Positions 35,473-46,195 of a DNA stretch of 64,000 bases are shown here, piece by piece. The stretch is from Lama guanicoe (lineage: Eukaryota): the NCBI GenBank assembly GCA_013239625.1, contig MU055783.1:17342991-17406990 (forward strand), in the 5' to 3' direction. The notes beneath the pieces were generated by a model. The model searched no databases. It was not told the origin of the DNA and saw nothing but the letters and a program-made list of their open reading frames with translations. The stretch's first letter is position 1, and the number at the start of each line of letters is the position of its first letter. A program made the position numbers and the translations under genes.

Positions 35473-36877
35473 GTAGGAGCCCCCAAGCTCTAAGAAAGTA
35501 ACTAACAACCCGCGCCACCGAAACACGGACGAGAACAGCAGCCATGCCGGTTTCTGCCCTTTCCCTTGCAGCCCTCATACACGTGGCTTTAACCATCACA
35601 CACCTACCATTTTGTGTTTTGTATTTCTCATGCATTAAATGTCAAATATACATTTTCTCTTCAAAACTGCCATTTGCCCAACTGCATTCTACACTGTCAT
35701 GGTGCTCTCCAGCGATCTTCTAAAGTGTTGCATTGTTGGGGGCCACCTAGGTTGTTTCTTCCCATTGAATGACTTCTTCAGGGATGAATTCCGCAGAGTG
35801 GGACACCTGTTCCGTGCGTGACTACACCTCGCCGTCTAGCTGTTGGAAGACTGTTTCTTTTCACTTTGCGCTGCTGCTGGCATCGTCTGCGCGTGTCAGA
35901 TGTACAGGAAGAGCCCAGCCAGTCCCTGCTGTTCCCTTCTTCCCATTTTTGCTAAGTTAGTAGTCACGGAATTATAGCTCCCCAAATGCTTTCGTTTGCG
36001 ATTCTCTGATGACGAGCAGAGTTAGCGTTTTCCCCTGGGTGTTTGTTGGCACCTCTCTTTCCTCTTGTGTGGATTGCCTCCTCCCCTCAGCGCTCTCAGC
36101 CTTGGTGCTGTGGGGTGGGGGCTGAAGGATGCATTTGAGGGAGGGGAAGATGATCTTTTTAGGGAACTCAGAAGGACACGGGGGTTAAAACTGGGTACGT
36201 TTCTTTACTTGTTGACTCTTTTCCAGTAAATATACATGTATTTATTCAGTGATTAGAAGAAAAATAGAAAGATTTTAAAGTGCATGTCAATGTTAAGGCA
36301 TCCTAAAAAGTATGCATTTGTAATGTTGTCAACTGGTACCATCCATATGCAATATTTACTTTTCTCACTTAATATTTCGTTGCTGTGATCCACCCACATT
36401 ATTGAGTGTTGGTAGAGTTCGTTTGCTTTGACCATTATTCAGTATTCCACTGTACGACTGTACCACAATTTATAGATTGAATGATACTGTAAAAGAGAAA
36501 AGCAGGAGAAAGATGGTTCTCTGGTTAATTCATAGGCTGGGAAGTAGGATTGATGGGATAATCTTCCATGAAGTTAGATGCAGGTTCCTTTCAAGATTCT
36601 GGCTTTTATTTTGTTTGGTGCTTATTATGTTATTAAAAGCAAATGAATGAACAAATGGGCCATGCGTAGACCGCTGGTGAGAGTGGGCCACAATTAAAGA
36701 TTATGATCAACCCAAATCCATGTGCCTGAGGTCCACAGACAAGAAAAGACAAAATGTGTTTCAGCATGAACTTTGCCAAAATGTGTACAGAGAGCAGCTC
36801 TGGGAGGTGAGTCTTGGGTAGAGTCAGCCTCTGATTGTCCTTGCCTGGAAAGTCCCCTCCTTGTGCCTTGTCCTCAC

Positions 36878-37060
36878 CAGTGGTTCTCAAAGTTTAATCC
36901 CCAAACCAGCAGCATCAGCATCACATGGGAACTCTCTGGAAATGCGAAGCTCAGGCTGCACCCATACCCACTGAATCAGCCCTGAAGGTGGGTCCAGAAA
37001 TCTGTGTTTTAACAAACCCTCCAGGTGAATTGAGTGCATGTGAAAATCTGCAAATCACTG
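36878..37060 (+). mobile_element. MER5A (near full length)
   Basis: cagtggttctcaaagt..accagcagcatcagcatcacatgggaact..gaaatgcg..ctgtgttttaacaaaccctccaggtga..aatcactg; TIR-like cagtg/cactg ends. Confidence 0.9.
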
Positions 37061-39190
37061 TCACCCAGTCCCTTTACATAGGTTTCTAATCTTGGCCATT
37101 TGCCTGGGGCTCTCTAAACTTCTGATTGATAAGCAAGGGGTTTCTAGCCTCGATATAAAGTTGATTTCTTATAAACCAAAGCACATGGCAGGACGCCTCC
37201 TCTGCCATAAGCCATTGGCAGTGATAAGAGAAAAACAGCCACAAAGTCAAGTAAATATTAGCTTAGATGGGAGGGATGGAGAAAAATTTCCTGTAAATAT
37301 TATTTCTTATATAGTTTCTTATATGTTTACATAACCTAGACTAATGGTGCCCTGAGATGTTCAGGAAAAGGACTTTCAAGTCTGAAACCAGGAAGTTAGG
37401 GAATCTGTCCTGATGGTTTTGATAGCACCCCCCTACCCCCCGCATGCCTATCCCAACGTTTGGCTGAAGCAGATTTTTGCGTGTCTTTAAGAACTGTCCC
37501 TCTGCAGGCTGGTTGAAGTTAGTATTTCTCAGCCCAGCTCCTTTTTCTCTGTGTATATCGTGCTCTCATATTACAAACATGAGGTGTAGGAAGAGTTGGT
37601 GATGGACACCTACACACGTTGCCCAGCTCTTGGCACAGTCTTACTTGGAGCTCAGTCTTACTTGGAGCAACCTTCCTTAGAATCTCAGCTTTGTGCCTTC
37701 CATATGCAAACGACCTCCTTTTAGAAATAAGCTCTGTTTGCACATTCGCTCAGAAAACTAGTCCCATCAGTGCGTGGGTAACAGCTGTCGGTTACCGTCA
37801 GTATGACAGCCCCTGAGCAAGGATGCCCAACGTGGAAAGGCATCTCCATTAGCTGCCCAAGAACAGGGAGCATGTCTTTTTTCCCCCTTGAATCCCGTAG
37901 ATCCTACCTGGGGGCACAGTGCCTAGTAGCCTAGTAGATTCAGTAAGTGCTGAAGACTAGAAAAGATTTCCTTGTAAGGTACTGTTATTAAGCTGTGTTT
38001 AATTTGTACCTTATGCAGTATTATACTGTATTATGTGCTTACGTTATGTGGGTTCATGTATCCATGATCTATTAAAATAATCATAAGTGGTGTTATTATT
38101 ATTGTTTAAATAGGGCAGATGATTCTGTCATTCCCTCGGTGAGCCTGAGATGGGAATCTGGACCGCCGTCTTCTTGGCCGGTCTGCAGTTCTGTACCTCT
38201 CTTAATGATGTCAACGTCTTTTTGCTCCGAGTGTGAGTCTAGTATTGTTGAGTATGCTTTTCTCTATCCTGTAGCTTCTAAAGTGCAGACCGATGGCTAA
38301 TTTTGGTGCTTAAAGGAGCCCTGGTGTGCCAGTGCTGGGGGAGAACATGACTTGTACTGGTCTTTTGAGAGACCATGGTGTCTTCCTGAGGAATTTCAGA
38401 GGCATCTTGACTAGACAGCATATTGCCTTATACCACATAGAGTTTGACCTACTGTCATCTTAATAATAGCGAACATTTATTGAGCCCCACCACTCCCTGA
38501 ATACCGTGCTGAGCAGCATCTGTGCATGAGCTCATTTGGTCAAAATACATCCTATCTGCTTCTGCTGGCCTTCCAGCCCTTGAAAAATGCATCTTTGCTT
38601 TCAACTGATGTGGGAAAAGGAAATTATATTTTTTAATGTTTCTTTTGTTGGGGTGGAGAAAACTGGCCCCAAGGCAGGAAATGGGGTGCTTGAAATACTT
38701 TTCTTCTCATTGGATGAGGGTATGAAAAAGGGGTGTCTGCACTGAGAGACCCCGGCTTTATGGATGCCTCTCCCACCTAGTCCCCTATTCAGTTCCCTAC
38801 CTTACCCTTGGCCTTGAAAAGCAACAACAAACTCCGCCTGGACTTGGAGGCAGGAGCAGGACCACAGAAGTTCAGCCGTTACCATACCTTTCGATTCCAG
38901 ATGGGGTGTCTTAGAGACCAAAGAACACTAAGGTGGCATCGAATTTTAACTGGGGCTTTGTTGATTGGAAGCCTGACCTGTTACCAGATAATTCCACGAG
39001 CAGTGAATTCGGAGCCAGCTTTGCATGTGGCTTTCTGTTGCTCAGGAAACTTCCCTGGGAGGGCGCATCTGAGGGGTGGCAGGTGCTGCCCGGCCAGTGT
39101 TGGGTATAGCCAGCACTCAGGGTGGCCTTCAGTATGTTGGATTCAGTCCTAATTGAACAGATAGATTCTTTCCAGCTTTGGCTAACTGAG

Positions 39191-40130
39191 TGTGGCAGGC
39201 AGCCTTCAAGAGTCCCCAGCTCCTGGGGTTCATGCCCTGGTATAATCTCATTCCTTTGCCTGTGAACTAAACCCTGTGACTCGTTTTTGCCCCCCCCAAT
39301 TGTGGTGAACTATACATAACATAAATTTTCACCATCTTCACTATTTTTATGTATATGATTCAATGGTGTTAAATGCATTCACCTCGTTGTGCAATCAATC
39401 TCCAGAACGTTTTCATCTTGCAAAACTAAAGCTCTGCACCCATTAAACAATCCCCCATCCCCACTCCTCCTCCCAACCTCTGGCAGCAGCCATTCCACTT
39501 TGTTTCTATGAATTAGACTATTCTAGATGCCTCACGTAAGTGGAATCACACGGTATTTGTGTTTTGGGAACTGGCTCATCCATGTCGTAGCTTGTGTCAG
39601 AATTTCCTTCCTTTTTCTTTAAGGTTGAATAATACTCCATCGTACATCCGTGGCACGTGTAGTTTACCTGTTCATCGGTTGGTAGACACTTGAGTTGTTT
39701 CCACGTTTTGGCTGTTGTGAGCAATGCTGCTGGGAACCTCGGTGTACAAACCATGGCTCGCTTTTAACAAAGAAAACAGCAGCAGAAGGGATGGGATGTC
39801 AGTTCCAAGGTGAGATCACAAAGAACTCCGCACCTGCTTGCTTATTCTCTCCTGCCCACTCGGATGGCAGCCGGCGGCCCACGTGGCGAGGAACTGGGAC
39901 TGCCGGTAGCCACATGAGTGAGCTCGTAAGTGGCCTCTCCCTCAGTCCAGCCTTGAGCTATCTGCCGCCCCCGTAGACACCTCGATTGTGCTTGGAAGAG
40001 GCATGAGCCAGAGCTGAACCACTCCTGGATTTCTGACCCGCAGAAGCTGTGAGATAATCAGTGTTTGGTTTTTTTTTAAGTCTGTAGGTTTTGGAGGAAT
40101 TCATTATGCAATAATGGAGAACTAGTACCA
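39191..40130 (+). mobile_element. MLT1F-like MaLR LTR split by an antisense L1
   Basis: Starts tgtggcaggcagcc; after the L1 it continues ..ccccacgtggcgaggaactg..tttctgacccgcagaagctgtgagataat..ttatgcaataatggagaactagtac. Confidence 0.8.
39289..39750 (-). mobile_element. L1MB-type 3' end inserted in the MLT1 LTR
   Basis: ttgtggtgaactatacataacataaattttcaccatct..gtaagtggaatcaca..gttgtttccacgttttggctgttgtgagcaatgctgc; diverged TSD ccctgtgactcgtttt / ccatggctcgctttt. Confidence 0.88.
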
Positions 40131-41053
40131 TGACTGCCTGTGACGTGGGCCCCAGTTCTGATTGTCCTAGTCACAGAGAGCGTATGCAGACTCAGGGGAT
40201 GCTGAGGGGTCAAACCTTTGGAAGGAGATCAAACAGGGTGTTTATCAGAGTCGCCATCACATTAAGCACTAGGTAAATGTCAGGAACACTTCCAAGCATT
40301 TTACTTACATTTCCCTGCTCAGTCCTCCCAAAATCCCCGTGAGGGGAGGATCCTTTCACAGAAAATGACCCCCATTTTCTAGATGAAGGACCCAAGGAAC
40401 AGAGAGGTTGCATCGTTGTGCCATGTCCACACAGTGAGTAAGCCATGAAGCCCGGATGGGCACTCAGTCCTCCGACGTACAAGCTAATGATCTCCATCCC
40501 CCGAGATGCTGCCGCCTGGTATCACTAGACCGGGACCCAGAAGCCCAGGTGGTCGGTCCAGCCTTGGTCCTGTGAGCTGAGGGGCGAGGGGAGGGTGGTA
40601 TATGAAGGCTGGCACATTTTTCTCTCTTTGTGCTCAAGTTTTCCTTTCAGTAAGAAAGATTAATGATGCCTGCCCACCTTCCCGCCTCGGGAGGAGTGCT
40701 GAGAAGGCAACCTTGTCTGAAGACGCCACCAGTGCCAGGATAGTTAATTGAGTATTTTGGCAATTGGGTTGCAGGTTCTTTATCTTGCTGGCTGTATCCT
40801 GGTGATAACACTGGAGGAGAATTTGGAAAGCTGGCCGTGAAGTTTGGCACCTCACCAGAAGCTAACAGTGATGGCTTTGTCCTCTTTCTCCTGTAGAATT
40901 GTGCACATGCGTGCATGTGTGTGTGTGTGTGCCAGAGAGGGAGAGATAGAGACTAAGAGGGCAGTCCTTACGGCACATCTGTCGAGGGCGGTAATGGGTG
41001 TCCCCATGTGCCAGGACCTGAGCTGAGTTTTGTTTTTGAATAGAGAAGAGCTT

Positions 41054-41320
41054 NNNNNNNNNNNNNNNNNNNNNNNNNNNNNNNNNNNNNNNNNNNNNNN
41101 NNNNNNNNNNNNNNNNNNNNNNNNNNNNNNNNNNNNNNNNNNNNNNNNNNNNNNNNNNNNNNNNNNNNNNNNNNNNNNNNNNNNNNNNNNNNNNNNNNNN
41201 NNNNNNNNNNNNNNNNNNNNNNNNNNNNNNNNNNNNNNNNNNNNNNNNNNNNNNNNNNNNNNNNNNNNNNNNNNNNNNNNNNNNNNNNNNNNNNNNNNNN
41301 NNNNNNNNNNNNNNNNNNNN
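41054..41320. other. Assembly gap (267 N)
   Basis: Run of N. Confidence 1.
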
Positions 41321-41685
41321 TGATATCACTCATATGTGGAATCTAAAAAAAAAAAAGACAAACGAACTTATTTACAAAACAGAAACAGACTCACAGACAT
41401 AGAAAACAAATTTATGGTTACCAGTTGGGGAAGGGATAAATTGGGAGTTTGAGATTTGCCAATACTAACTAATATAAATAAAATAGATAAACAAGTTCAT
41501 ACTATGTAGCACAGGGAACTATATACAATATCTTTAAGTAGCTTATGGTGAAAAAGAATAGGAAAATAAGTATATGTATGTTCCTTTATGACTGAAGCAT
41601 TATGTTGTGCACCAGAAATTGACACATTGTAAACTGACTATACTTCAATAAAAATATATTAAAACAAAAACCCCAAAAACAAAAG
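41321..41685 (+). mobile_element. Young cetartiodactyl/camelid-type L1 3' UTR; its 5' part lies in the gap
   Basis: tgatatcactcatatgtggaatctaaaa..acagactcacagacatagaaaacaaatttatggttacc..gggataaattgggagtttgag..gactatacttcaataaaa plus A-rich tail. Confidence 0.92.
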
Positions 41686-43819
41686 AGCAGTCAGGGATTA
41701 GGGGATCCAACCCCAAATGTCATGACCTGGAATTTGATGGGCAGTCAGTATTATTTACCACAAAACTCGTGCCACCAAGCGATGCCATGAGCATCATTAG
41801 AGTGGCCCTGGGAAAGAATGGTCACCCTGAAATAGTCCATTTGGCTTTACGTAGAATAAACTGCTGGAGGTATGATTAACAGGAAGAAGGCGAAAGCCTT
41901 TTTCCACTTTTAATTTGAGAGTTTGAAAGCCCAGCTGAGCCGGGAGAGGCGGAAATGCTGACTTCGTTGGCAGAATCGTTGGCGGAACCAGAAGGAGGCC
42001 AGGAGAGGCTGATTGTGCCTTTCTGTGCCTGTGGGGCTCTCTTCTCGGTAACTGAGTGTTTGCATCACAAAAGCCTCCTTTTCTTTATCCACTGCAGTAG
42101 GAGTTGGAGGATTTCAGAAACGGCCCTCATTTAGAAGTAAGTCAGAATGATTCTCTACCCGGGACGGTAATTACCTCCTGATCTTGTAGCCGCGTGGTCA
42201 TCTTCAGAGCTGTTTCTGTAGCCTCCGCCATTCCCTGTGCACATCCCCGTCTCTGGCTTCTGCCTCCATCGATCTCTCCATCTCCCTGGCAGTGGTAGAT
42301 CCTGCCTGGACACCTGGCAGAATGTGCCTCTTCCGGAGACAGATGGACCAAGTATCAGGGCAGGGGGACCAAGTGTGGAGCTTCCTGCGACTCTGCGAGT
42401 TTTCTGAGTCCCGGGACAAGTCATGTTGTGCTGCCCAGTGATGCAGGAGCGTTTTCCTGTCCGTGGGCGGCTTGTGACCTCAGCTCCCCACCCAGCACCC
42501 TTTTACTGTCGTGATTCCTTCATTTTCCTTCAAACACAGACCATTTACAAGTGCCTGCAACTGTCCCACCCGCCCCAACCCAGATTCTGGGAGAAACGCA
42601 AATCTAGATCAGGTCAAAGTTGCTCACGGTCTGCAAGGGAGCACTAATGCCCTATGGATAATCACCTCGAAGTGTAATCTGCTGTCATACAGTAAGGAGC
42701 AGCCTGCTGTGGGGGACACGGGGACAGGACTGGGACTGTGAGGAGTGACTGTTTTTCCTAGGTGAATATGGCAAGACTTCAGAGAAATGAAATCTCTGCC
42801 CAGTTGTTAATGACAAGTAAAAATGGACCCTAAAACAAACACGAGGCTGGCCATCTAGCCAGAGGGAATGGCATAGTCAGAGCCACAGATTCTAAATGGC
42901 TGAAGCAAAGTGTGCATGTGTGTGTTGGGGGGTGGTGCATGGGGTCGTGAAGCTGCCAGGTGGGTGGAGGTGGGCTTGTGGAAGCCCACCCCCGTAGTGC
43001 TTCATTTGGAAGGTGGAGCCAGAGGAGGAAAATCAGGAGAAATGAGATGCTCCATCCTGGTAAAGGGGTGGGTTATCGTTGCCGGCAGTAGAACTTCTGA
43101 TTCTCCATGGGTCTTACAGAGCTTTGCTGTCCCACCGGCAGGGGAAATCGAATTGAGACTTGGGGCTACTGTAAATGAGATTGCAGAATAATAGATACTG
43201 TGACTTCTCCAGGATGACAATAGTTTGAGAGGTTGGATGGCCACAGGCTGGCTGTTCCTAGTCCCCTACCCTTGACTGTGGCTTGAAAACTCTCCCTTGG
43301 GTTATGCAATCCAGTAATTATGTTTTCTTTTTTTGGTCCCAGTTTGGCTACCTGTGACCTGTGAAAGGTGAAAATGTGTTCTCATGTTGCAAAAATCTTG
43401 CCACATCCCCCAAATACTTCCAACACCTCTCTGGCTCCCACCTTGTTTCAGTCTGGTTAATTGATGGTTCTGGAATGCCACAGAATGACACTTAACACAT
43501 TCCCCTTCCATGAGCTCTCTTCCTTGAGATCTCATGCTGTCTGTGATGTGTGCATTGCTCGTTTGCTTCGGTAGGTCAGCTTTTATTAAAGGTCACCTTC
43601 TGCAGAGCACACTGCCAGATGCTATGAGAAATCAAGAGAATTTCTAGGAGCTGCTCTATTCTCTAGTAGCTTATTTTTCAGTTGGAGAGGAAGAGCAGGA
43701 ATACATCACCACTCCTTTGATCAACACTGCTGACTTGAGAAATGTCACATTAAGCCCTGGCCTTTGAAAGTATGTGCACATTATGCTCCATATATTCTGG
43801 GTGCCAAGGTATAGTAGGT

Positions 43820-44330
43820 TTGTTGTATCAGCTGCCCTGCCCTCAGCGCCTTCCAGACCATATACTCCACTTATGACCTTTGGAAGGATTAGCCCTCTAA
43901 TTTCCAAGACAGTTCCTAACCACCTCAGCCATTTGACCCAACTAGGCTTGGACACCTGACCCACGACCAGTCAGTCAGTTCATGGGCTGGCCAGCAATGA
44001 GTCAGAAAGACTCTCTTAAAGTCAGACACTCAGGGTTGAATCAGCCTTAGTAGGCTAAGCAAACATTGTGTAGAAATAGGACACAGCCACATGGAAGCCA
44101 CAGTTGGGAAGGGCAGAATTTATAGTACAGGGTGCTGGTCTGCCTAGAGGAGACAGCTAAGAGGCCAGAGGTGGCAGCTCCCCAGGAGAGATGGAGAGAG
44201 TATTTGCTTGGCTTCCCAAGTCCGCTGTAGCTCCCAGGAGACCCACTGTCTCTGTCTTTCAGTGAGGCCTCTGTGCTCTAGAGCAAACCTTTCCCTTCAT
44301 TTGAACTGGCTTGAGTGGGTTGCAAGTGAT
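43820..44330 (+). mobile_element. LTR16-like ERVL LTR (degenerate)
   Basis: ..ggacacctgaccca..cagccacatgga..cccttcatttgaactggcttgagtgggttgcaa resembles LTR16-family ends. Confidence 0.45.
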
Positions 44331-44541
44331 AATTTACTGAGAATGGTCAGTGTCAGTCACTCATGGAATCATAGAAAACTTATGTACTTCAGACAATTAG
44401 GAGGGACGGGGAGGATGGGAAAGGTAGGGAAAACCAGATGTGAGCAAATTCGGGGGGATCTTTACCATCTAGTATCTAGTGTTTCTTTTCTGACTCTAAC
44501 ATTAGGTTTAGTTTAAAAGATCTGAGATGGTCCAGTGACTA

Positions 44542-45019
44542 TGTATTAGTTAGGAAACAGGCTGAGCTGCTCTAACAAAGAGACCCCCATCATGCAGTGG
44601 CTAAAGTAAGATAGAGGTTATAGCCTAAAAAAGTGCCTTAAATAAGACTCTCACATATAACATCCCAGAGATGGGCAGTCTGAGCCAACAGGGAGCTCTT
44701 CCCTTCTCAGAGCCCCCGAGGCTGCTCCAGTGGTCACTATTTCCCTGACATTAGGAAGGAGGAAAGGCGAGGAAACCAGGATGAACCACTTCATCTTTAA
44801 AAAAATGACTTGAAAGTGCACATATCACTTCTATTCCTAATCCAGTGCCCTACACTTAGTCACTTGACCATAGCTACCTGCAAGAGAGGCTGAGAAAGGT
44901 GTTCTTTATCATTATGGACACTTATCTGCCCAGCTAAAACTCAGGGGTGAATATTCTGAAAAGGCAGAGAGGGAAAATGGATAAATACTGGGGAATAATT
45001 GGCCATAGTCTCTGCCTCA
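44542..45019 (-). mobile_element. MLT1J/K-type MaLR LTR
   Basis: tgtattagttagg..gctgctctaacaaa..cagtggctaaag..catatcacttct..cttagtcacttgacca..ctgcaagagaggctgagaaa..agtctctgcctca. Confidence 0.75.
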
Positions 45020-45734
45020 GTCTCTTTTAAACTGAACTGCTAGTTCAAAGGTTGGTTTATGCCAGCAGCATGTCCCGTACATTTTTTGCACTGACCACCA
45101 CCAGACCACAGACTTTTATCTGCATAGCATTAATTCCCACAGCCTGAGAGAGAACACTGTGTGTGTGCTCTGCCTCCTTGGGCTCTCCCACGAAACAGGT
45201 CTGAGCTGGGATGTTCTGCAGGGCCAGCAGGGAAAAGCGAGGGGCACACCCAGTGGGGGCAGCCCCTCTGCATCCCCGGGTGTCTAGTTGAAGGGGGTGC
45301 TTCACGCCCCTCTCTCTTCCTTCATGGTCTCATTTATTGTAAGCCTGTTGTGACCCTTTGAGAGCCAAGCTTTTACCTTGATTTTGGAGTGTGATCATAG
45401 TGATGGTTATTCTTTAGATGGCAAGAACATGACTTTGATTTTGATTTTTTCACAGAAGTCAGTGGGCCTCAGAGGTGGGTCAGTTTGCATCTGGAGGAAA
45501 TCTCCAAGGACAGACGCTTTGTCCCCATTAGCTGCCTTGTTAGGCAGTCTTTCCCACGTGGCTCAGAACCTTTTATAGATTTTCCCTCAGACTCTTTTGG
45601 TCTACCAGATCCTGCCGGTCTGCTTCGCTTCTGGAAATGAGTATCCGGGGAAAGTGTCTGGTGCCTCCCTCCTCCGAGTCCACATCCCCGTGCCGTCCAC
45701 AATGCAGTTACTTCTCTCTTTCTCCCAGCCTGAG

Positions 45735-46195
45735 TGTGACGGTGTTAAAGTGCGTCCACAAGTTCTTTGGCATCTGTCCATCAGAAAGTGGAACCTGTGT
45801 CCCTGTCCCTGGAAACCGGCCAGCTTTGGTGACAGTTTTGATCAATAGAGTACGAGAGAAGTGGTGATACAGGACCTTTATGGCTAGGATATAAAAAACT
45901 ATGCAGCTTCCTCCTGGCCCTTGGAAAGCTTCAGACGCCATGTAAATCAGCTGCCCTGAGGCCGCCATGTTGTAAGGAAGCCCGAACTAGTCTCTCTCTA
46001 GAGAGAGACCTTGCAGGGGCCCTTGGCTGCTTCGGCCACTGTCTGATGACAACAGTGTGTGAGATCCCGAGCCAGAAGTACCACTTCTTTCCTGAGTTCC
46101 TGAGCCACAGAAACCGTGAGAGGTAATAAAATGTCACCATTTTAAGCCATTACATTTGGGGGTGATTTGTTACACGGTTGTAGCTAATTGGAACC
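45735..46195 (+). mobile_element. MLT1G/H-type MaLR LTR
   Basis: tgtgacggtgttaaa..ccacaagttctttg..gccgccatgttgtaaggaagccc..cacagaaaccgtgagaggtaataaa..ttttaagcca..gtgatttgttaca..aattggaac. Confidence 0.8.

Noticed and set aside
35241-35486. Antisense 81-aa ORF with a signal-peptide-like hydrophobic start ([12 protein letters not shown])
   Set aside because: It is the reverse-complement reading of the Asp/Asn/Cys-rich sense exon, with no independent promoter or splice evidence.
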